NCBI GenBank assembly: GCA_040954595.2
Contig: CM082576.2
Span: forward strand, 15,361,028-15,425,027
DNA length: 64,000 nucleotides
Direction: 5' to 3'
DNA from: Balanoglossus misakiensis
Lineage: Eukaryota > Animalia > Hemichordata
In this document: positions 39,610 through 49,698 of the stretch, one piece after another
Position numbering within the stretch: the first letter of the stretch is position 1
Layout of the letters: each line of letters opens with the position of its first letter
The notes under the pieces: model-generated
Told to the model about the DNA's origin: nothing
The model's input: only the letters and a program-made list of their open reading frames with translations
Database searches by the model: none
Position numbers and translations under genes: made by a program

Positions 39610-42543
39610 TTATCCCAATTCAAGTAAATGTAGTTGGGTTCTGTGATCGAGTCGGCTGTCCTTTTCGATTTCAAGTCTGGTTTGTTGCCAGAACATTTCC
39701 TGTCCGACCTCATCCTCTGTCCACCGCAGACATTTCTTGCGACACTTCAGCAGCCGGATCAGTCGGGGCAACTTGTCGTCGGGAATGGGTCGGAGCTGCA
39801 CCAGGATGACCACGTCCCTGAGTTCGTCAAACAGGCGCTGCAGGGCCACCTCAAGCTCAAAGATGCAGAACTGATCCTCCACAAAGTCTTCGCTCAGGAC
39901 GAAGACCACTTTGTCACTTCGGTGCACACATTCTGTGATGTTGTCGGCGATGGCAACGCCCGGCGGGTAATCCCTGTCTTTGATGCAGAGTCGAAACTGA
40001 TCCCGCTCCTCAAATCGGACCATCATCTCGTGTCTCACCCAGCGATAATCTTCGTCGGCGTAGGACACCATGATCTGACCGCGCCTCTCGGCGTTCTCGC
40101 CTTCCACGGCCTGGTAGCCCTTCCCGACAAATCCGGTCCTCAGTTTGAACAGGAAAAACTTGTACTTGACGTTCCACTTGAATTTCTTCCAAAAGACAAC
40201 AGAGGACACTACCAGCAGCACGAGAAGACTAGTTGACGTCCCCGCGTACAGAGCCACGCGGGACTTGCAGTGAAGCTCGCCCGGGTCGAAATCAACCAGA
40301 AAGATGTCAGCGTACGGGTTTGGTGAGAAACAGTGGTAGTCTTGCAACCAGTACATGTCTTGGGAATTTGGCGTTTCTTGAAATGTAAGCATTCGGGGGT
40401 TTTCCATCAGCCACGAGTGAAACCACAGAACATCACAAGTACATGCAAATGGATTGCCGCCTAAATAGAGCCGCTTCAACGCTGGTAGTCCGCCGAATGT
40501 GGTGGAGTTGACGACCTGAATGGCGTTGGATCTGAGGTCGAGCGTGAGCAAGTTGTCCAATCCTGTCCACATGCCAGATGTAAGCGTTGAGATGCTGTTC
40601 CCACTGAGCGCCAGGTGTACCAAAGATGTCGCGTTGGAGAAGCAGCCGTCACTGATGGATACGAGCTTGTTTTCGTTCAGTTCCAGTTTTTGCAACCGAG
40701 GAAAGGCTTGGAACAAGTAGCACTGTAGATTCTGGGAATCCAGACCAACTTGGTTCATTTTCAGTGTTGCGATTCGTGTCAGGGTGCAGCCTAAAGGATA
40801 GTCTGGTAACTTAATAGGACTTCCGCCACTGATGTCCAAGTAGGTCAGTTTTGGAAATGTTTCTGGTACATCGCACATATATCTGTACACCAAATAGCTT
40901 AATTGGCGTGTAAGTCTAAAATCAATGAAAGTGACATTCACTAAGGATTTTACATTACGTACAGTTGCAATCGAGGATTGAATATTAGAAAATTCTATCC
41001 TTTCCAAATGTGTCTGTTCAGAAAGGACTGCCAAGTCAAGATTGTCCAGTTTGACGCTGTTGGCTTTGAAGTAGAATTGTGTCAGTGATTGTACACCGGA
41101 CAACATTCCAGACATTACACTATGAATAGAATTTGATGATAAATCAAGGCTTTGCAGGTTTGAAAGAGTTGCTATGGCGGAAGTTGGTATGGCGACTAAT
41201 TTGTTGAAGGACAAATCAAGATGTTCTAAGCTGAATAATCCATAGAAAGCCTGGTCTGGAATAGATGAGAGTGATGTCCACGTAACTGTGAGTTTCTTTA
41301 AGAGAGGCAACCACTGAAAAGCGTAATTGTCTAGAATGAATGGATATCGTCGAATTGTACTTTGTCGAATGTCTAATTCCTTCAACGATACATTAGAAAG
41401 ACCTTTAAATGTTGTACTGTCGAGGTTGAGAGCAAAGTATGAAAAGTCTTGCACTATTTCCAAAATGTTTACCATTGTACCTTCAAAAGTGTCTAATATG
41501 TTTTCAAGCAAACTTGATGGTGTTGTTGGATCGTTTTTGTCTGTTGGCAAAACGTTATGTAGAGTCACCATTTGTATATTCTTGAAGGGTTTCAAAGGGT
41601 TTCCAGAAATGTTCCTGAAAGACAAGTGGAGATACTGGAATGTGGAGGCATGGAAACTTTTGAAAGAATTTTCATCGATAATTAAAGATGCGTCTTCTAC
41701 CGTCAGGCCATTAAGTTTTGTACAGTTTTCATAGCTCGTTCCAAATTGCAAAATTGTGATGGAATTCAATGATATGTGCAGATCTGTCAGCTCTGAGGCG
41801 TGGTTGCAGATATTTTGAGGCACGTCATTTAAAGAGATATCTCTAAGATCGAGAATCTTTAGTTTAGGAGTGTAAGATAGATATCGTGCAGGAAGTGACA
41901 CCAGTTTGTTTCTATTCAGATAAAGTTCTTGAAGTTCTGTCAGACCGTAAAATGCGTCACACTCGATGGCTAATATGCCACAATTAGATAACTCTAGAAG
42001 TCTCAGTCTGTGGAGTGTTCCAAAAGAGTGGTTTGAAAGTGACGATATTGGGTTTCTTTCAAGGTGGAGAGACACTAAACTGTCTAGACCATGAAATGTA
42101 TTCCTTGTAAGCTCTCCAATTTTGTTATCTTGTAGTTCAAGCTCCCGTAACTTGGCCAGTCCAAGGAAAGCCAGATTCTCGATTCCACCGATGACATTGT
42201 CAGCAATGTTGAGTTTTTCAAGATGTGGAAGGTGTCTGAATTGTTCAGATTTTAGGATGCTGATGTGATTTCCCGCCAAATTCAAGACGGCGGTTTGTTC
42301 ACCGATTCCGCTTGGTACACTCGTCAGTGGAGGCTTCAGTCGGCTACAGTCGGTGGCGTCGGTGTCGGGATGACACTTGTGGCACCGTGCAGACTGGCTG
42401 CCCTGACCGTGTGCCGTTTGGTTGCCTGATATCAGCAGGATCAGTAGTACATGTAGAGATCCAGAGCGGCAGAATTTATCCATTGCAATTTGCATTCTTT
42501 TTTCCATACGGAATGAAGACTTGTCCATTTTAGATCTCAACAT
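39610..42543 (-). CDS. Toll-like receptor, single-cysteine-cluster type, intronless CDS (977 aa; true start may be a downstream Met)
   Basis: Signal-like hydrophobic segment; LRRNT (CHKCHPD..DCS); many LxxLxLxxN repeats; LRRCT (GNPFACTC...C..P); TM; TIR domain (VSYADED..WV, LCIKDRDYPPG, VFVLSEDFVEDQFCIFEL, FW). Confidence 0.97.
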   Translation of the reverse strand: MLRSKMDKSSFRMEKRMQIAMDKFCRSGSLHVLLILLISGNQTAHGQGSQSARCHKCHPDTDATDCSRLKPPLTSVPSGIGEQTAVLNLAGNHISILKSEQFRHLPHLEKLNIADNVIGGIENLAFLGLAKLRELELQDNKIGELTRNTFHGLDSLVSLHLERNPISSLSNHSFGTLHRLRLLELSNCGILAIECDAFYGLTELQELYLNRNKLVSLPARYLSYTPKLKILDLRDISLNDVPQNICNHASELTDLHISLNSITILQFGTSYENCTKLNGLTVEDASLIIDENSFKSFHASTFQYLHLSFRNISGNPLKPFKNIQMVTLHNVLPTDKNDPTTPSSLLENILDTFEGTMVNILEIVQDFSYFALNLDSTTFKGLSNVSLKELDIRQSTIRRYPFILDNYAFQWLPLLKKLTVTWTSLSSIPDQAFYGLFSLEHLDLSFNKLVAIPTSAIATLSNLQSLDLSSNSIHSVMSGMLSGVQSLTQFYFKANSVKLDNLDLAVLSEQTHLERIEFSNIQSSIATVRNVKSLVNVTFIDFRLTRQLSYLVYRYMCDVPETFPKLTYLDISGGSPIKLPDYPLGCTLTRIATLKMNQVGLDSQNLQCYLFQAFPRLQKLELNENKLVSISDGCFSNATSLVHLALSGNSISTLTSGMWTGLDNLLTLDLRSNAIQVVNSTTFGGLPALKRLYLGGNPFACTCDVLWFHSWLMENPRMLTFQETPNSQDMYWLQDYHCFSPNPYADIFLVDFDPGELHCKSRVALYAGTSTSLLVLLVVSSVVFWKKFKWNVKYKFFLFKLRTGFVGKGYQAVEGENAERRGQIMVSYADEDYRWVRHEMMVRFEERDQFRLCIKDRDYPPGVAIADNITECVHRSDKVVFVLSEDFVEDQFCIFELEVALQRLFDELRDVVILVQLRPIPDDKLPRLIRLLKCRKKCLRWTEDEVGQEMFWQQTRLEIEKDSRLDHRTQLHLLELG

Positions 42544-43329
42544 AGACTGTCTGATTTACCAGTTGTCGTACATTGTGGTAGTTTTAGAGTACATCTGTAG
42601 AGTGAAGCAAAATAAGGAACATTCATCAAAACGAAGACAAACAGGGGGAAAACGGCTATTCAATCTTGCATTATCAACTCTACTTCCTCATTTGATTCAG
42701 ATCCACCAGCGTATAACCCTGCATTGTGCTAATACATTGGGAGTACACTGCTTAGTTGCTAGTATATAAGTATCGGTATGTGCCCGTTGTCTGATGTGCA
42801 GTCAACCCATGCGCAGCACATAAATTTACATGCAATCAACACAAGCCACTGTTGGGTGATTGACCCCATGCATGGATCACTCAGGAAGTGGTCATGACGT
42901 CATGGGGCTTTCAACAAAATCCAACTTTAGTCTCCAGTATCCCCGGGGCCATGTTCATTCTGTCTAATACCACGGTGGAGTGACCATGCTAATACTTATC
43001 TAAAGTGGCAAGGTGTACGTTGAACACTTTTGCCAGGTTCACACAGGCTAAGATTTGTGATACTATTTGCCTACAGAAAACACGGAGAGTTGTTAATCCT
43101 TACACCAGCTCAGGTCTGGCCGGCAAAGCCGTCTCAAATTTAAACCGTCTCAGAACCACTATACACCATCCACACACGTTTTTTAAAAGACGGTATCTGA
43201 TCTGAGACGCTTCAGAACCGTCTTAATGGTGTGTGCTTAACCCTCATACGTGACTGTGCCTTAGATGGCCTGCTCTGATTAGCCAATACATGTAAAATAC
43301 ATGTATGACAATCTGATGGGCATGTTTAA

Positions 43330-44063
43330 GGTGGCATTGCATGAAACCGTCGAGACTTTTTCAGAGGCCTATTTCTCATCAAAGACAAAGTTAAAACCCC
43401 CATAAACCATATATATTCTGGAAGCTGAGTTTTTAAACTTTTGTTTGAGTTTCAAATATTATTGATCCCCGGAAATGGTGGCGATTTTGGGTGAAAAAAA
43501 ACATTTTTTGATATTATGTCATAAAATTTAAAATAGGTAAAAAAGTTGACCATGCATCATGCATCTTAATATGTCATTCGAAACTAGAGTACACGTGCAA
43601 ACAAACGGTAATTTTGTTTTGCGTTATCTGCTTCCATTGAGGAGTAACAGCGTTTGAAAGTTAGATTTTTAGTAAAATTTGATCAAATTCACGGTGAGTT
43701 ATATTGAATCAGAGTTTATTCCCGCCAGGGACACTTTATCGACTAACAAAAATACCGTTTTGTTGGATGGGTCATACACAATCCCCAGTTAAAATTTGAG
43801 CAAATTCGGCCAACGCAGAGCGAAGCTATTTTCGTCTGAAGTTGTCAAGAGCAGCGAAAATGCAAACTGAGAAAAACGGCTATTTGCATTGTTGACACCT
43901 ATTTGTTAAGCTGTGAACTCATTCAGAAAAGTGCTATTTTGGGGTGATTATGCACCATTTCCGCCAAGACGTATTAGTCAGGTTGTGGGTCAGTATTAGG
44001 CCTACCGATTTATGTAAAAAAGTAAAATTTGGCAAAAATCACAACTTTTCATGCAATGCCACC
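43330..44063. mobile_element. Non-autonomous DNA transposon with 17-bp TIR and TTAA TSD (Kolobok-like)
   Basis: TTAA|GGTGGCATTGCATGAAA...TTTCATGCAATGCCACC|TTAA. Confidence 0.88.
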
Positions 44064-44345
44064 TTAAAAGACCATGGAGATGTGTACAGATTTTGTGGGT
44101 AAGATGTTCTGAGTGATTTACTGTGATTTCAAGATGATAAACAAACCAAATAAAACTCATCATAAAATTTCTGTTGGGATTTTGTAAAATACATGTATGA
44201 CAATCTGATGGCAATTTGCGACCCCACATGGGCATCTCGCGTACAGCTGCTTTGGATGAAAATGCATCAGAAATCAAATGTTGGCCAATGCAGTGCCCCT
44301 GAAGGCTAAAATTTAGGGGTCAATACAAAAAAAGCACACTCTTAC

Positions 44346-44521
44346 CTCAAAGCTTTTCAGGATATTTTCAAGGCTGCACTGTACGGCCCTAAACCAAGCT
44401 GTCAGTGGCAGAGACCAATTAAGGTGTGAGCTCAGGAATTGCAATTCTAAGACGTGAGTGTTTAAGCAAGAGCATTCATTTATGGCACAAAGCAGTGACA
44501 TCAGTGCACAGTTTCGTTTCC
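44346..44521 (-). promoter_or_regulatory. Candidate TLR promoter/non-coding first exon with ISRE-like and CRE-like motifs
   Basis: Donor GAG|GTAAG at 44346 and acceptor TCTACAG| at 42594. AGTTTCGTTTCC at 44510-44521; TGACATCA at 44496-44503. Motif matches only. Confidence 0.3.
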
Positions 44522-45052
44522 TTGCAAAACGTCCACCATGTGATCGTCAGCCCCCACCAGGTACAACTAAAATATGCCGGTCAGCAACAGTGAAAGGCCT
44601 GTCGTTTTTCACAGTAAAATGCCTAGAAAGGTAACGTCTGATGCAGGTTAGTCTGGTCTACGCTATTGTTGTACTGTGTTTATATTCCAGTCAGCATGTC
44701 TGAATTAGCAGCATGTATTCATGATATAACATGAATTTCTCTGCTTATAGCAAATCACTATGAGCTATGGGTATTGAAAATGACTTGTTAGGTGTCCTAG
44801 TACATGTACCTGACTCAGCTGTTGCTTGTTGTTCGGTTTCTGTTGTAAGACACACTGCAGTACAATGGATTTCCGGCGAGATCGGGTTGTAAATAGCGCG
44901 GGTTTTTCCCCTGATGCAATAATGACATATCTGTATCGGTATTTCCAAGTATCCAGGAAGTTTGTACAGCACAGTGCAGCGCCAGAAAAGCAACATATCA
45001 CCTGACCTTCATCTCAGACATCGCCTGCAGTTTCTAAATGTACTAAAGTTAA

Positions 45053-45320
45053 AGGGACAAAGTCTCTCTCTCGTTGCCATTTTCCCATTTATTATGTTTG
45101 ATACAAGACACCGTTTGTGTTATTCTACATGTGGATATATAGTGAATCAACGTTCGACCACACAAAACTTCCATCCCACTTGTAGACACGGGAGTGAAAA
45201 ACTCGCCAAATGGAATAATCGGTGTTTACCATTAATTTTTTGGTGAGATGTTTACTCTCATATCCAGTAAACGGTACGGAAGCTGTGTGTGGTCGAACAT
45301 TGATTCACTAGGTATCCACT
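45053..45320 (+). mobile_element. Partial copy of AGGGACAAAG fold-back MITE
   Basis: Matches 26612-26890. Confidence 0.8.
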
Positions 45321-45525
45321 AAAACTACGACTTGTGGAATCCTTCAGAAAAAACTATAACTAATGCTATTGTAACTATAATACAAAAGACACACAATACA
45401 ATACAAAGACACACCATAAAGATATTGAATTAAAATAGACTAATGCTGCAGACAGGGGATTCTTTAATATTGTATGATTGTACTCTTGGACGTTCTTCGC
45501 ATAAAATATTAAGTGAAAACGTGTA

Positions 45526-48500
45526 TCAGTCCCTTTCTTCAATGGAAGGGTAACCTTTCAACGCAGAAAATGTGTTCGGTAGAGCATTCACAATGCGATC
45601 CCTGGCCCCAGACCATGCGCCTGGTCCCTGCAGACGGTACCAGTAAGGAACCATTGGACCATACTCAAACATCATTGCTAGCTTAGGATCCTTCAGAAGG
45701 AGACTCCAGAAAGATGGTTTAACGCCAAGGAATTCAGCTGATTCTTCAATCACTGTCGTAAATGGTAGCTGTGTATAAAATACATAAACAAATAATTCAA
45801 AACGGGGTTGATAATATGTTATAAAATTGTATATGATAATGTGATACACCATGCATGATGTAAGACAATTAAAGAGAACAGAGAAAAAATCGCATCAAGG
45901 ACACGGTGGTCCCATTGAGTGATTACACAAGAAAAAGTCTACACCGGAGTACATGGCCATATACAGACAGACAGACAGACAGACACACACACACACATAG
46001 CGAGAGATCAATGGGCAAACACTGAGTGACCCATAAGCTGCCAATGACATATGTACTGTACATACACTAAATAGAACAGCTGGCCTCTTTAAAACTTAGC
46101 CAGTTATGTAATCATTCAGGAATTTGCTGTGTTTATATGAATCACAGAGGGGAGTTCCTGCCTAATTAAAACAACTAAATAAAGTAAATACACACCACTT
46201 TGCAAAGCAATCTGACCAGTAGTTCTTGAGTTTTGCCCAAATTCACATTTTTCCAGCTAATTTGCATAATTTTGGGCCTGGCAACTTCGTTTGAACAAAC
46301 TCCCATCTACAGCCCTGCCTGCACCTGCACACCAAATATTGAGGTGATACGCTCAGCGGTTTTCAAGTTTTTGATGTGGACGGACATACAGACATACATC
46401 CATCCATCCATACATACATAGTACAGACAGACAGACGCAACCCATCCCATAAGGTCCCATGGTATATATACCTATACAAATGGGACCTAAAAACTATATA
46501 TCATACAGAAGATGTTGTTTCAGAAATCGTAATTTCCCTTAATCCTAGATACGGTACAGCCTGTGTCTGTGATTTTTTGTCCTTTGGCCGTCCAGTAAAC
46601 ATTAACGACGATATGAAGTCATTTTACCAAAATCGCACGAATTTTACGTTGTATCATCGAGTGTTAAATACTAAACGCTTACACCATTGGCTTTGTTTCC
46701 TGTGATGTTTGTTGGTCTCTGGTCGATGTCTCGCTGCATTGTTGCTCTATCAGGTAGAACAATTTCCCCTGTAAAAACTCTTGCCGCCAATCTTGCGTGA
46801 ATTTCAGAAACTGGCCAATGTGGCCCTTTGACCGGCACCAAGTTAATTAATGCCAGACGCTTTGGGTTTTCAAGGCGTGCTGGAAATACATACTTGTACA
46901 GGACGACGTTGTCTGATTCATCTGTAAAGGCAAGTGATGGCAAGTTTACAAGACATTTTAGTAAATGGCTTAAATGTATATTAACTGAGACGACTTAAAT
47001 ATTGATATACCGCCAATTAGCCAATGACATAATTAAAGGTGACAACTCCATGAAAGTATTAGGTTAGTAAAGTTGACTGCGGCCTTACAATAATTACCAT
47101 AAATCCACCGTTTGTCGATAACAGGTACAACCCACTCATATCCAGTAGCAAAGATGACTGCATCAACATTTTCTAGTGTAGTGCCATCCTTCAGTATGAC
47201 GTCATTGTTTTGGAACTCTTTGATTTCCACCACGCGTTTGAGTTGACCTTGTGCAATCCTGTCCTGCATGTCATCACTGATCAACAAGTTCAAACGTGTG
47301 GGACCTGGCTCTTTGCTCTGCAAAAGGTTTAATAATTAAATAAAGCATAATAATAAAGCTACTGCATTTGGCTAGGTCGAGAAAACATATGATAATTTGA
47401 CAAATCATACGTACTCGTAAGTTTTACTATAGGCCTATTCCATAAAGCAGACACACACACAAACTATTAAAGTAAGGCAGAAAAACCACTGCCATTAGCT
47501 TAAACGATTAAGGGGTGACGTCAAATTTTCAATATCTGATATCAAACTTTAATATTCATAAGTTTGGTACTTAACAATTTCAGAGGCATCACTTTATTGA
47601 ATTGTCTAAGCAAGATTTTTACTTTTATACTAAATCAGAGACTTGTAAAATGGGCTGAAATGCAAGGTTGTATCACTGATTGTCAAGCTGGTTTCAGACG
47701 TGATTTTAGCGCTGTTGATAATATCTTTGTTCTTCACATTATGGTACAGAAATATCTTTCTAGATCAAAAGGTCGTTTCTATTGTTTGTTTGTAGATTTC
47801 AGTAAAGCTTTTGATTCAGTAAATCACAATCTCTTGTTATATAGACTTTGTCTAGAGGGTGTCATGGGCAAAATGTATAATATTCTTAAATCCATTTATA
47901 AAGAAGTTAAATCTTGTGTCAAGAGTCGAAATGGAGTAACCGATTTCTTTAATTGCTCTGTCGGAGTTCGACAAGGGTGTATGTTGAGTCCTTTTCTTTT
48001 TTCTCTGTTCATCAATGAATTAAATAATATGTTAGTAAATTCGGGTAATCATGGTATTCAAATCACTCAAGAACTTTACGACCTATTTGCATTTCTTTAT
48101 GCTGATGATGTTACAATTTTTAGTGATACGCCAGTTGGGCTACAAAGACTGATTAGAGTACTGGAATGTTTCTGTCATAAATGGAAACTATCTGTAAATA
48201 TGGAAAAGTCACAAATAATTGTTTTTCGTAGAGGGGGTGTTTTAAAGAAATGTGAAAAATGGTTTTATAATAGAGAACAACTAAAAACTGTCAGTTACTA
48301 CAAATATTTAGGTTTAATAATTTCAAGTAGAAACATCTGGAGTAAAGCTGTTACCGTACTCTCAGACCAAGCCAGAAAAGCTATGGGCGCTATTTTCCGT
48401 ATGATTAAAAACAGTGGCACTTTATCTTTTAAAGACTATTTTAAACTTTTTGATTCCATGATTTTGCCAGTCTTAACATATGGATCTGAAATATGGGGAT

Positions 48501-49647
48501 ATCAGAGATATCAAGTTGCTGAAAGAGTACAACTGAAATATTGTAAAGCCTTTATGGGCGTTAAATCAACTACACCAGATGCTTGCATTCTAGGAGATTG
48601 TGGAAGACATCCAATATTTATTCACACTTTTAAGAAAGTTATTTTATACTGGTTCAAGTTATTAAAAATGCCCACAAACAGAGTAACCAAACATGCCTAC
48701 AAATTATCGGTGACACTGGACAAAAATGGGAAAAAATCATGGGCAACAAATGTAAAATGTCTTCTGCATGAACACGGTTTTGGAGATGTATGGCTATGGC
48801 AAGGCCCAGGGGATTTTGATCTTTTTCTTCTCAATTTTATGACAAGAGCAAGTGATATTTTCAAACAAAACTGGTTCTCAGACACCTGTAGTAAGAGTAA
48901 ACTTCGTTTGTACTGTAACTTTAAAACATCATTTCATACAGAGAACTACTTAAAATTGAATATTGTTTTCAAACTAAGGAGTGCCCTCGCTCGTCTTAGA
49001 ACTTGTGGTTTTGATTTGGCAGTTGAGGAGGGGAGGGCACAGGGAATCGACTTTGAAGATAGAATTTGCAGAGTATGTGGGTCTACTGAGATCGAGGACG
49101 AATATCACTTTATTTGTATCTGTCCTTTATACCAGACTTTAAGAAGCATGTATTTACCGAGATGGTCATATACAATTCCAACACCCGAAAAATATTACTC
49201 ACTCATGGCTTCAGAAAATAACAAAGAAATACGAAATCTGGCCTTATTTGTTCACAAAGCAATCAGTTTGAGAAAAGAATGTTTGTAATTTTTATCTCTT
49301 TTCTCTTTTTGTACTCTCTGTAAAATTCTGTGTGTATAAATATAAGTTTGCAATATGGGCTGGAGGCCTAAAAGAGCAATAAAGCATTATTATATACTTA
49401 ACAACGCATTCTGAAAAATATTCCACTCTTCCTAGAAAAAAAAACACCCACACAGATATGTACATACCTGAAGACCGAATACAGTCTGATCACTAACTCT
49501 GGTTCCGTTACACTTTTGCACAATCGAGAATAGTTTTGACGGCGACTTCATTACTGATCGTGTCAGAAAAGTCATGTCACATGGTACCCCGTCTCGTCCT
49601 ATGCGAGGAAAGAACGTAACGCCGTGGCGCATACTCAAGTATACCTG

Positions 49648-49698
<51 letters not shown>

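Noticed and set aside
39634-40236. 200-aa + strand ORF antisense to the TIR domain
   Set aside because: Shadow ORF expected from GC-rich codon usage on the opposite strand; no recognisable motifs.
43291-44211. 29-bp direct repeat (43291-43319, 44183-44211) as a giant TSD or LTR
   Set aside because: It does not abut the TIRs, and the element already has a TTAA TSD. Best explained as a small local duplication.
772-49288. Diversity-generating retroelement (variable C-type lectin folds plus a reverse transcriptase in one window)
   Set aside because: The RT is a 5'-truncated LINE with a TSD. Lectin substitutions are not adenine-specific (for example AAT vs TGG). No template repeat is seen.
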